Translations under genes and position numbers: made by a program | Notes under the pieces: generated by a model | Told to the model about the DNA's origin: nothing | Seen by the model: the letters and a program-made list of their open reading frames with translations, nothing else | The model's database searches: none | From: an uncultured Chloroflexia bacterium | Lineage (GTDB): Bacteria > Chloroflexota > Limnocylindria > Limnocylindrales > CSP1-4 | DNA length: 64,000 bases | Reading direction: 5' to 3' | NCBI GenBank assembly: GCA_963819655.1 | Contig: CAWFXA010000001.1 | Span: forward strand, 384,001-448,000 | In this document: positions 19,250 to 28,445 of the stretch, one piece after another | Position numbering within the stretch: the stretch's first letter is position 1 | How the letters are laid out: every line of letters starts with the position of its first letter

Positions 19250-20521
19250 ATGCGCATCGTCTCCCCCACCGAGGCAATCGCCGGCATCACGTCCGGGCAG
19301 CAGGTCTACGTCCACTGCGCTGCCGCGACCCCGTCTGTCCTTCTGGACGCGCTCGTTGCGCGCGCGCCGGAGCTGAGCGACGTCGGGATGATCCATTTGC
19401 ACACAGAGGGGCCGGGGCCGCACCTCGCGCCGGACATGGCAGCTCACTTCCGACATCGGGCGCTGTTCGTCGGCCCGAACGCGCGGGCGGCGGTCAACGA
19501 CGGGCGGGCGGACTACGTGCCGGTCTTTCTGTCGGACGTCCCGCGGCTGTTCGATCGCGGAGCGTTGCCGCTCGACGCCGTTCTCGTGAATGCGACCATG
19601 CCCGACGCACATGGTTTCTGCTCGCTGAGCGTTTCCGTGGAGGCCATGCATGCCGCCATCCGCGCGGCCCGGACGGTGATCGTCCAACTGAACCGGGCCA
19701 TGCCCCGGACCCTCGGCGAGAGCTTCATCCACGTGAACGACATCGACCTGGCGGTCGAGGTCGACGTGCCACCGTACGAGCACATCACCGCGCCCGTTGG
19801 CGACGTGGAAAGGCGGATCGGCGAATACGTCGCAGAGCTCGTTCCGAACGGCGCGACGATCCAGCTCGGGATCGGCGCGATCCCGGCGGCAACGGCGATC
19901 GCGCTCCACGGCCATCGCGACCTCGGGATCCACACAGAGATGTTCACGGACGCAGTGGTGGACCTCGTCGAGGAGGGCGTCGTGACCGGCGCTCGCAAGG
20001 AACGCAACCGCGGCAAGATCGTGACGGCCTTCCTGATGGGCACCCGTCGGCTGTATGACTTCGTGCACGACAACCCCATGGTCGAGATGCGCTCGGTCGA
20101 CTTTACGAACGACACCCACGTGATCCGCTCGTTCGACACCATGACTGCCATCAACTCGGCGATCGAGGTGGATCTCACGGGACAGGTCGTGGCCGACTCG
20201 ATCGGATCGCGGATCTACAGCGGTGTCGGCGGCCAGATGGACTTCATCCGCGGAGCGGCGCTAGCTCGAGATGGCCGTGCCATCGTCGCCCTCCCATCGA
20301 CGGCCGCAGGCGGAACGGTCTCGCGGATCGCTTCGACGCTGGGCATCGGCGCGGGCATCGTCACGACGCGCGCGCATGTCCAGACGGTGGTCACCGAATA
20401 CGGCGTGGCCGAGCTCTTCGGCCGCAGCCTCCGAGAACGGGCATTCGCCCTGGTTGACATCGCCCATCCCGACCATCGCGATCGGCTTCGCTTGGAAGCC
20501 ACGCGGATCGGCCTCCGCTGA
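19250..20521 (+). CDS. Acetyl-CoA hydrolase/transferase (4-hydroxybutyrate CoA-transferase-like)
   Basis: GATIQLGIGAIP, HRDLGIHTEM, INSAIEVDLTGQV, YSGVGGQMDFIRGA, VVTEYGVAEL, IAHPDHR. Confidence 0.93.
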   Translation: MRIVSPTEAIAGITSGQQVYVHCAAATPSVLLDALVARAPELSDVGMIHLHTEGPGPHLAPDMAAHFRHRALFVGPNARAAVNDGRADYVPVFLSDVPRLFDRGALPLDAVLVNATMPDAHGFCSLSVSVEAMHAAIRAARTVIVQLNRAMPRTLGESFIHVNDIDLAVEVDVPPYEHITAPVGDVERRIGEYVAELVPNGATIQLGIGAIPAATAIALHGHRDLGIHTEMFTDAVVDLVEEGVVTGARKERNRGKIVTAFLMGTRRLYDFVHDNPMVEMRSVDFTNDTHVIRSFDTMTAINSAIEVDLTGQVVADSIGSRIYSGVGGQMDFIRGAALARDGRAIVALPSTAAGGTVSRIASTLGIGAGIVTTRAHVQTVVTEYGVAELFGRSLRERAFALVDIAHPDHRDRLRLEATRIGLR

Positions 20522-20575
20522 TCACTAGACGTGCCCGACGAAGGACCCTCCTCGGCGTATAGCGGATGGCTCCGA

Positions 20576-21874
20576 CTAGCCGATCGATGGAATGGAGCAT
20601 GCGAGCGCCGTCGAACCTGCCGCCAGGGCAGCCTGGGCGACAGGAGAACCTCCCGCTCCCGACCGCGACGCCGTCGGCTCCTGGACGACGAGGGCAGTGA
20701 CCATCCCGAACATCCCGTCGGGGCCTTCGGCATGTTGGAGGATGTGACAGTGGAATGCCCATGCGCCGGGCTCCTCACAGCGGATCACCACGTCCCATCG
20801 CTCGCCTGGGTTGACTCCCAGCGTGTCGCAGGTGAACGCCGCCGATCCCAGCGGGTAGCCGTCCCGGGCCACGACCCGCATCGGCATCCCGTGCAGGTGC
20901 CAGGGATGCATCATGTTCCCCTCGTTCATGAAGCGGATCACGATCGTGTCGCCGAGCGTCGCGACGATCGGTGACGTGGCCGGGAACCCGCGCCCGTTGA
21001 TCGTGAAGCCGCCCAAGGCGTCGTTGCTGATCCAGGCGATGTCCTGCGTGGCGCCATACAACTTGTCGTAACGCAGCGCCGGATCCATCGGTTCGACGAT
21101 GAACGCTCCGAGGAGGCCGCGCCCCACCTGGTCCGTCGCGTTGTGGTGGCTGTGGTACATATGCGAGCCTGGCGTCCGCGCGGTGAACTCGTAGGTGAAC
21201 GACGCGCCGGGCTCGATCGGATCCTGGGTGATGTGCGGCACCCCATCCATGTTGTTCGGCAGGCGCTGGCCATGGAAATGGACGCCGGTCGTCTCCGACA
21301 TGTTGTTCGTGAAGACGGCCCGCACCCGGTCACCCTCGGTCACGGTCAATCGCGGTCCGGGCCAGGTTCCGTTGTAGCCCAGCCCCGGGATCGGATCCTT
21401 CACGGCGTCGATCCGGTGGTCGACTTCTTCGATCGTCAACTCGAAGACCTTGACGCCGTCCACGAGGCGGGGCTCCAGGGCGACGTTCCCTGGGTGCTCG
21501 ATCGACCCGCCCTCGCCATCGAGGAAGCGCTTCACCACCGCGAGCGCGTTGGCGTCGTGGTCCATCGCCGGCGCAGACGGCGCGATCGACGGAGCCGGTT
21601 CGTGGCTCATCGACGGAGCGGCGGACGGTGCGACCGACGCACTCGGGGCCGGCAGTCCGCTCGCAGCCGGGGCCGAGGAGGTCCCGGGCGGGTAGGTCCA
21701 GCGAGGCGCTCCGGCGACGGGCGCGCACGCCGCCACGCCGGCCGCGACGAGTCCGCCGCCGGCGGCGCGCAGGATTGCGCGGCGGCTCAGCGCGACAGCG
21801 ACCTGATCGGAATCGGACATGGTGGGCTCAGGGTGGGGACGTGCCCTGTCCACCGGTCGGGTGATGGGTTCCAT
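20576..21874 (-). CDS. Tat-exported two-domain multicopper oxidase
   Basis: SRRAILR Tat motif; copper motifs HFHG, YHSH, HPWHLHG, HCHILQH; ATG 21874 follows a TATCAT -10 box. Confidence 0.92.
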   Translation of the reverse strand: MEPITRPVDRARPHPEPTMSDSDQVAVALSRRAILRAAGGGLVAAGVAACAPVAGAPRWTYPPGTSSAPAASGLPAPSASVAPSAAPSMSHEPAPSIAPSAPAMDHDANALAVVKRFLDGEGGSIEHPGNVALEPRLVDGVKVFELTIEEVDHRIDAVKDPIPGLGYNGTWPGPRLTVTEGDRVRAVFTNNMSETTGVHFHGQRLPNNMDGVPHITQDPIEPGASFTYEFTARTPGSHMYHSHHNATDQVGRGLLGAFIVEPMDPALRYDKLYGATQDIAWISNDALGGFTINGRGFPATSPIVATLGDTIVIRFMNEGNMMHPWHLHGMPMRVVARDGYPLGSAAFTCDTLGVNPGERWDVVIRCEEPGAWAFHCHILQHAEGPDGMFGMVTALVVQEPTASRSGAGGSPVAQAALAAGSTALACSIPSIG

Positions 21875-21962
21875 CGCCCGATGATAGGAGGGCGAACCGA
21901 CCGTAAACAGGGACCTACGGACCGTTCGGACCGGGCCGACCGGCTCGCAGCACGAACGATCG

Positions 21963-22297
21963 GCCGCGGTCGCTGAGCTGTTGGCGGGCTACGAGATCAC
22001 CGGATTGCCGGTCGTCGATGCCAGCGACCGGTTGGTCGGCGTCATCAGCCAAACCGACCTCGTCCGACTCCGAGGATCGACGCTTCCATGGACCGGTTGG
22101 CACGGACTGATGGTTCGCGACCTCATAACCTCGCCGGCCAAGACCATCGAAGGTTGCGCACCGTTGGACGAGGCCGCCCAGCGGATGACGGCTGAACACG
22201 TCCACCGACTCGTCGTGGTCGACGGCCGCCAGATGCCCATCGGCATCTCTCCGAAAGCGACATCGTCCGCGAGATAGCTGACTGCTGCTACGACTGA
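21963..22297 (+). pseudogene. CBS-domain gene, 5'-truncated and frameshifted
   Basis: ITGLPVVD..LVGVISQTDLVR and HVHRLVVVD motifs; restoring one base near 22247 gives GIxSESDIVREIADCCYD*; no suitable start codon for the first CBS strand. Confidence 0.65.
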
Positions 22298-22383
22298 TCG
22301 GGATCCTGCCCGGTCAGCCGGCTGTCGCTACCTAAGTCGCGGACTCCAAGCCGCTCGACCCTGACGCGCTACTTGAGGGAGGA

Positions 22384-22411
22384 GAAGGGCCGGCCTGCTG
22401 GCCGGCCCTTC
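22384..22411. terminator. GC-rich hairpin between convergent genes
   Basis: GAAGGGCCGGCC-TGCT-GGCCGGCCCTTC, perfect 12-bp stem, 18 nt downstream of the carboxypeptidase stop. Confidence 0.7.
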
Positions 22412-22429
22412 GACGACCCTGGCGACGCC

Positions 22430-25400
22430 CTACGGACAGGGGACGCCGAGGTGATCCATCGATCGGCACATCACGTCGTTGCGCTCGTCCTCGGAGCGGA
22501 TGCCCTCGAAGCCGAACCCGAAGTGCAAGGTCCGGAAGGCGGCATCTGAAGGATCCATCCCGACGACCGCGCCCTCGGCGAAGCCGACGTCGGTCGTCCT
22601 GGACCAGTCGTTGGGATTGGGAGAGCTCCCGGTCGGGACGCCGGCCGGGACGGTCCAGGCCCCCAGGCCGGTCTCGAAGCCCTCGGTCGGGGCCTCCCAG
22701 CTGAGGGTTACGTCATCGAACCACGCCCCAAGGCCCTGGGCGGCCCAGTCGCTGACATACGAGAAATAGATCTCGATGTCGTGCCCGGCGAACGGCGCCA
22801 GGTCGATCGCCCAAGGCTCCCAGCCGGCCGAGCGGCCGGAATGGGCGTTCCAACGGGCACCCGCGCAGTCGGCACCCTGGTACTGGATCAGCCACGGGTG
22901 CAGCTCATGCCAGCCCTCGGGACAGCTGTCGCCGGTGCTCTGGTTGGTATGCCCGTTGGCATCGGGCACTGTCTGCCACGTGTTCGCGTCAATGTCGTGG
23001 ACCTCGACGAAGACGAAATCCCAGTTCGGCTCGGTGTCGTAGGACGTGAAGAACGTCATCGTGCCGCCCCCGCCGGGCACGGCGGCGTCGCGCTTGATCC
23101 GCTTGTAGGTGATGTCTGCGCGATCGGAGTACAGGTACTGCGTACCTCCGTGCGGCTGGAAAGCCCCGGCCACGCCGGTGATCCACTCGGCCGGGGCGGT
23201 GCTGGTGAACTGCGGATAGTCGGTGGAGTTGAGGATGCTGCTCGTCGTGATGAACGCCTCGGCGCTCACCTGGTTGTTCGCGCTGCTCCCCCCTTCCATC
23301 ACCCAGGAGGTGCCGTCGAATGGAGTCGATACCCCGTTGACGTCATACGGGTCGCTCGGGCCGGCAAGCCCGGCGTTGTCCTCGTAGACGTACGAGCCGA
23401 GCCAGTACTGGAGGAAGTCGTCGTCGGCGATCCGGCACTCGACCCGGGTCTTGTTGGGGACGGTCCCGTCACAGTACGGCGGGGTGCTGACCGGGTTGAA
23501 CGGGAAGGCCTGCGCCAACTGGACCCCGGCATGCTGCCCTGTGACGAGCAGGTTGCCGCCTTCGTTGAGGAACGCCCGGACCTCGAGCATCTCGCGGAAT
23601 CCGAGCGTCGAGAACCCGGTGCCGGGCACCTGGCCAGGCTCGCGGGTCAGGAAATCGTTGCCCGTGTACCAGAGCACCACGTCGTAGTGCCCGAGGACCC
23701 CGAGATGACTCGGTGCCTTCCGACCCATGGCGTCCACGTTGTACACGTCGTGGGTGATCCCGTTCGCATCGAGGGCCTTGGTGTAGTAGTCGAGGTAGAA
23801 GGGCCCGTTCGCTGAGGGATAGGCAGGGTCGTTCGTGGCCCCGGTGTAGTCCTCGGCGGAAAGGATGAGCACCTGGGCCGGGGTGTCCTCGACGACCGTG
23901 AAGGTGAACGACTCGCTGGTCTGGCCACCACCGGTGAACCACACCTTGACGCTGTCGCCCGGGTCGATCCCGGTGACATTGCCGCGCATGAAGCGGTAGT
24001 ACTCGTCGCCGTCGCGGCCGAAGCGGTCACCTCCGTTCCACTCCGCGGTCGTCGTCGTCTGCGCCGCCCCTCCGTTGATCGAGTAGTTGAGCGTGACCGC
24101 ATCGTTCGTGGCGCCATCGTTGTTCAGGTTCCGCTTGGCAAGCACCTGGACCGGCTGCGGATCGCCATACGAATGGGCGAAAGTCAGGTCGCTGAAGGGG
24201 TTGGACGCCTTCTGCGGGTCGATCTTCGAGACGTCGAGGTAGAACGGCTGCACGGTTGTGCCCACCGAGGACACCGGATCGTCGGGATCCAGCGCCGACA
24301 GCGCGACACTTCGCGCGAAGGGCAGCACGCGGTTGAACTCGGCGTTGATCTGCCCCTCCTTGTCGGGGAAGATGAACCCGTCCCCGGTCGGCCCCTCGCT
24401 CAATTCAGGGACCCAACCGAGCGTCCCGTGCTTGCTGTAGGCGAAGTCGTTGGTGTCGCCGTTGGTGATATACAGCTCGGCGCTGCTGATCCCGGGGTTG
24501 AACCCTGGGACGGCCGGCTGCTTGTCCGTGCCGGTGAGGGCCACGAAGATCGGGTCGTCGGCCGTCGGCGTGTCCATGATCGCGCCGAGCCCGTAGAGGA
24601 GCCATTGGCCGACCGAGTGGAAGTTGATATGGAAGGCGAAGTCCATCTGGTCGTAGAGGTCGACGATCGCCTTGGTCTCAGGCTCGGAGGCAGCGGATGG
24701 CCCCCGGTAGGTCTCGCTCGACGTCAGGGGCGATGACCCCTCGTCGTCCCAGCCCCAGTGCTCTTCGAAGTTCCGATTGGGATCGACGCCATCAAGGCCG
24801 TTGATGATCCCGTTCGAGTCGTTGTCCCGAAGGTTCTTCCTCCACAGTCGGTTGCCTTCGCTGAACGTGTACTGGTAGCCGTCCGGGTTCGAGACGAGGA
24901 CGAACCACAGCTCGGTCGACTGGAGGAGGCTGACGATCTGGGGATCGCCTTCGCGGTACCGCTTGATGTACCACTCGAGCAGCCGACGGTTCACCTCGCC
25001 GCTGATCCACTCGCGAGCGTGCTGCAACGAGTTGTAGAGGACCGCCGGCTTCTGGCCCGCGCCAAGACCGTTGCCCCCGACGGTGAGTTGGAGCGCGATG
25101 ATGTCGCGCTGAGTGTCGTCGGAGCCCCCGGGCACGCCGTTCGGATTGGTTCCCCATGTCCGCCCGATCACCTCGAGCTTGAGGAGGTCCGGGTTGGCGG
25201 TTGCGATGGCGCGGGCGTAGGCATCGAAGCCATTGGGGCCATCGTTATCGCGCCACACCTTGAAACCGGCGGTGCTCTGCTGCTTGGCGAGCTGCGTCGC
25301 GGTCAGCCCGGCGTCGTTGCGCCACAGTTGGAGGTCGACCCCCATCTTTCGCACGGCGATCCGCTCGTTGGGCTTGAGGACGAGGGTGATCCGCGCCTGC

Positions 25401-25648
25401 TGGTTGGCGAGCAATTGGATGTCGGCGACATCGAACCCCGCCTCGATGATCCGCTGGACCAGCGCAGTGCTGACGACGGCTTCGTACATGTCCAGGCGGC
25501 CGTTCGGCGTAGCCGCAGTCTTCGTCACCTGTTCGGACGATGTCGTCGACGACGTCGGGGCCGCCCCGGCGCCGATCGGCACCGCGAAGGCATTGATCAG
25601 GAGGGCTGTCGACAGGATGGCGAAGAGCGCCTTCCGACGGTCGGTCAT
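22430..25648 (-). CDS. Secreted M14 zinc carboxypeptidase with C-terminal accessory domains
   Basis: Signal peptide; HAREW, NPDGY, WRKN, GVDPNRNF, SEPET, NFHS motifs; C-terminal YDTEPNWDFVFVEV segment resembling immune-inhibitor-A-type domains. Start at ATG 25648 (AAGGGG SD). Confidence 0.92.
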   Translation of the reverse strand: MTDRRKALFAILSTALLINAFAVPIGAGAAPTSSTTSSEQVTKTAATPNGRLDMYEAVVSTALVQRIIEAGFDVADIQLLANQQARITLVLKPNERIAVRKMGVDLQLWRNDAGLTATQLAKQQSTAGFKVWRDNDGPNGFDAYARAIATANPDLLKLEVIGRTWGTNPNGVPGGSDDTQRDIIALQLTVGGNGLGAGQKPAVLYNSLQHAREWISGEVNRRLLEWYIKRYREGDPQIVSLLQSTELWFVLVSNPDGYQYTFSEGNRLWRKNLRDNDSNGIINGLDGVDPNRNFEEHWGWDDEGSSPLTSSETYRGPSAASEPETKAIVDLYDQMDFAFHINFHSVGQWLLYGLGAIMDTPTADDPIFVALTGTDKQPAVPGFNPGISSAELYITNGDTNDFAYSKHGTLGWVPELSEGPTGDGFIFPDKEGQINAEFNRVLPFARSVALSALDPDDPVSSVGTTVQPFYLDVSKIDPQKASNPFSDLTFAHSYGDPQPVQVLAKRNLNNDGATNDAVTLNYSINGGAAQTTTTAEWNGGDRFGRDGDEYYRFMRGNVTGIDPGDSVKVWFTGGGQTSESFTFTVVEDTPAQVLILSAEDYTGATNDPAYPSANGPFYLDYYTKALDANGITHDVYNVDAMGRKAPSHLGVLGHYDVVLWYTGNDFLTREPGQVPGTGFSTLGFREMLEVRAFLNEGGNLLVTGQHAGVQLAQAFPFNPVSTPPYCDGTVPNKTRVECRIADDDFLQYWLGSYVYEDNAGLAGPSDPYDVNGVSTPFDGTSWVMEGGSSANNQVSAEAFITTSSILNSTDYPQFTSTAPAEWITGVAGAFQPHGGTQYLYSDRADITYKRIKRDAAVPGGGGTMTFFTSYDTEPNWDFVFVEVHDIDANTWQTVPDANGHTNQSTGDSCPEGWHELHPWLIQYQGADCAGARWNAHSGRSAGWEPWAIDLAPFAGHDIEIYFSYVSDWAAQGLGAWFDDVTLSWEAPTEGFETGLGAWTVPAGVPTGSSPNPNDWSRTTDVGFAEGAVVGMDPSDAAFRTLHFGFGFEGIRSEDERNDVMCRSMDHLGVPCP

Positions 25649-25884
25649 GCGAACCCCCTTGGGCATAGCCCTGGTATGGGATCGGACGGCCCCCGGACCC
25701 TCGAGTCTACGGTTGGTGGGACCCCCCGGCCACGTCACCCGGATGCGAAAGGTTGCAAGTCCATATCAACGGGCGGTCGATTCATTGCGGCGGCATAACT
25801 GTGTTTCGCGGACGCACCACGCCCCACACGGGCCCGTTATCCCGGCTGCGAGGTCGACGCCGCGGACTACCGGATCGCGGCGGA

Positions 25885-26643
25885 CTACCGGAACGGCACC
25901 GGCTGGATCGACACGAACCTGCCGTCCCAGATCATCCGCTTCGGGGCGTACCGCCACGGCGTGAAGAACCGCGACAGCTGGCCCGGCGTGATCATGGTGT
26001 TCGGCCGCATGTCGTAACCGAAGCTGCTGTTCTGGAGCCCCCACAAGGGGCCCGTCACGCGGACGCTCGTGATCCTGAAGTCGGTCGTCTTCGCCGGATC
26101 CGCGGTCGCGGTGAAGCCGTGGAGGACCCAGCCGTGGTTGCCGTGCGAGACGGCCAACGCCACGGGCAGGTTGGTCAACCGGATGCGCGTGACGGCAAGC
26201 CGGATCGCGCCGAGGAACGTGGCGCTCGACGTCAGCCGGTAGCGATCGTCGACGAAATAGCGCAGGCCGGCCGTCCAGCCCTGCGGGTCGACACCGGCCG
26301 ACAGCGGCAGCGAATACCGATTGCGCGCGCGCATCCACGTGAAGTACCGACTCTGGGCGGTTCGGCTGTGATCCTCGCGGTGGTACTTCATGTTCCGCAT
26401 GATCTGGACGTCGGCGGCCGTGCACCACAGCCACGACTTCTGGGTCGTGAAGACCCCCGTGCGGTACAGGTTGATGCCGCCGGTCCACGCCGGGAGGGCG
26501 GCCACGGTGCTGGCCACCGCGACTTCGCCGCTGCGAGCCGGGGCGGCGGCGAGGGCACCGGACGTCGAACCGAGCGTGATCGCGAGCGCCGCGATCAGCC
26601 CGGTCGCGAGCCTGAGCCGGGGGCGTTGGCGCGGGCGTGCCAT
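25885..26643 (-). CDS. Secreted protein, putative C39-like cysteine peptidase fold
   Basis: Signal peptide; TQKSWLWCTAA (Q..C) and GNHGWVLHGF (H) spaced as in papain-like C39 peptidases. Confidence 0.55.
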   Translation of the reverse strand: MARPRQRPRLRLATGLIAALAITLGSTSGALAAAPARSGEVAVASTVAALPAWTGGINLYRTGVFTTQKSWLWCTAADVQIMRNMKYHREDHSRTAQSRYFTWMRARNRYSLPLSAGVDPQGWTAGLRYFVDDRYRLTSSATFLGAIRLAVTRIRLTNLPVALAVSHGNHGWVLHGFTATADPAKTTDFRITSVRVTGPLWGLQNSSFGYDMRPNTMITPGQLSRFFTPWRYAPKRMIWDGRFVSIQPVPFR

Positions 26644-26698
26644 GCGTCCATCCTGCCCCAGGACGCCGGATCGTGCCACGACGCGGCAGTTCCGCCGC

Positions 26699-28414
26699 TC
26701 AGGCTCCGACCGACAGAGCTCCCAATCGCTCGGTGAGCCGCAGGTTCTCGGCGTAGTCGATCGGCACCTCGACGACGGACGGCCCGTCGACCTCGAGTGC
26801 GCGCATCAGCGTCGGGTACAGGTCCGCGGCGTTCGACGGTCGGAAGCCGGCGATCCCGAACGATTCCGCGTATCGCACGAAATCCGGGTTCCCGAACTCG
26901 ACGGCGAACGGTCGACCGAACTCGTTGCGCTGCTTCCAGTCGATCAGGCCGTAGCCGTCGTCGCGCCACACGACGACGCAGATCCCTGCCCCGACCCGCT
27001 TCGCCGTCTCGAGCTCCTGGCTGTTCATGAGGAACCCGCCGTCGCCGGACAGGGCGACGACCTTCCGATCCGGGTGCACGAGCTTTGCCGCGATCGCGCC
27101 GGGGATCGCGATGCCCATCGCCGCGAAACCGTTCGAGATGATCACGGTGTTCGGCTCGTACGTCTGGTAAAGGCGGGCGACCCAGACCTTGTGCGCGCCC
27201 ACGTCCGACACGACGATGTCCGATGGGCCGAGCGCGCGGCGCAGGTCGAGGATGGCTCGCTGCGGGGTGATCGGCCAGCCGTCGTTCGACGCGTGCGCGG
27301 CGAGCTCGTCGAGGAGGTGTGTTCGAAGGTCGGCGTGCACGAGGATCTCGCGGGACTCGTGTCGTTCGCTCGCGTCGCGACCACCGACACCCAGCGGCTG
27401 GACGGCATCGAGCAGGCGGCGCAATGACCCATCGATGTCGCCCACGAGTTCGACCGCGGGCTGGTAGGCGGCATCGATCTCGGCCGGCTGCGTGTCGATG
27501 TGGATGAGCCGTTTGCTGCCGTCCGGGTTCCACGACGACGGCGCGTACTCGACGAGGTCATAGCCGACGCAGATGACAAGGTCGGCGCGATCGAAGCCGG
27601 ACAGCACGTGGTCGCGGGCCTGCAGACCGACCGCCATCAGCGACAGGTGTGAACGATCGTCGATGGCGCCCTTGCCCATGAAGGTCGCTGCGACCGGGAC
27701 GTGCAGCCCGCGAGCCAGCGCCCTTAACTCGGGCGCGGCTCCGCGACGGAGGACACCGTTGCCAGCCAGGATGATCGGCCGCTCGGATCCGGCGATCAGG
27801 CGGGCCGCGTGCTCGATCGCCTCGTCGGTCGGCTCGGGGAAGTAGGCGTGCCCCGGGGTGAGCGGCACAGGTGGCGGGCCGCCGTCCCGCGGGGTGATGT
27901 CGGTCGCGGCGAGGTCCTCGGGCAGCTCGATGTGGGTCGGGCCTGGCTTCTCGAGCATCGCGACCCGGAACGCCTTGCGGACGATCTCCGGGATCGCACG
28001 GATCCGCTCGACGCGCGTGTTCCATTTCGTGACCGGTTCGAACATCCGCACGACGTCGACGACCTGATGAGCCTCCTTGTGGAGCTTGGACGACGCCGCC
28101 TGGCCGGTGATCGCGACCATCGGAGCACGATCGAGGTAGGCGTCGGCGATGCCCGTCAGGAGGTTCGTGGCGCCCGGGCCGAGCGTCGCCATGGCGACCG
28201 CGGCACGACCGGTGAGCCGGCCATGGACGTCGGCCATGAACGCGGCGCCCTGCTCGTGGCGCGTCGTGATGTGGCGGACGGCCTCGTGGCGCGAGAGCGC
28301 ATCGAGGATGTCCATCGTCTCCTCGCCCGGGACCGAAAAGACGTACTCGCAGCCTTCGGCTGCGAGGCAATCGACGAGGAGGTCGGCTGCGCGCCGAGGG
28401 TGGTCGGGGGTCAT
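26699..28414 (-). CDS. Acetolactate synthase large subunit (ThDP-dependent)
   Basis: FSVPGEE, RHEQGAAFMA, TLGPGATN, SDVGAHK, GDGGFLMNSQELET. Confidence 0.93.
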   Translation of the reverse strand: MTPDHPRRAADLLVDCLAAEGCEYVFSVPGEETMDILDALSRHEAVRHITTRHEQGAAFMADVHGRLTGRAAVAMATLGPGATNLLTGIADAYLDRAPMVAITGQAASSKLHKEAHQVVDVVRMFEPVTKWNTRVERIRAIPEIVRKAFRVAMLEKPGPTHIELPEDLAATDITPRDGGPPPVPLTPGHAYFPEPTDEAIEHAARLIAGSERPIILAGNGVLRRGAAPELRALARGLHVPVAATFMGKGAIDDRSHLSLMAVGLQARDHVLSGFDRADLVICVGYDLVEYAPSSWNPDGSKRLIHIDTQPAEIDAAYQPAVELVGDIDGSLRRLLDAVQPLGVGGRDASERHESREILVHADLRTHLLDELAAHASNDGWPITPQRAILDLRRALGPSDIVVSDVGAHKVWVARLYQTYEPNTVIISNGFAAMGIAIPGAIAAKLVHPDRKVVALSGDGGFLMNSQELETAKRVGAGICVVVWRDDGYGLIDWKQRNEFGRPFAVEFGNPDFVRYAESFGIAGFRPSNAADLYPTLMRALEVDGPSVVEVPIDYAENLRLTERLGALSVGA

Positions 28415-28445
28415 GCGGGTAAGCGTAGGGCAATAGACTCCGCCG

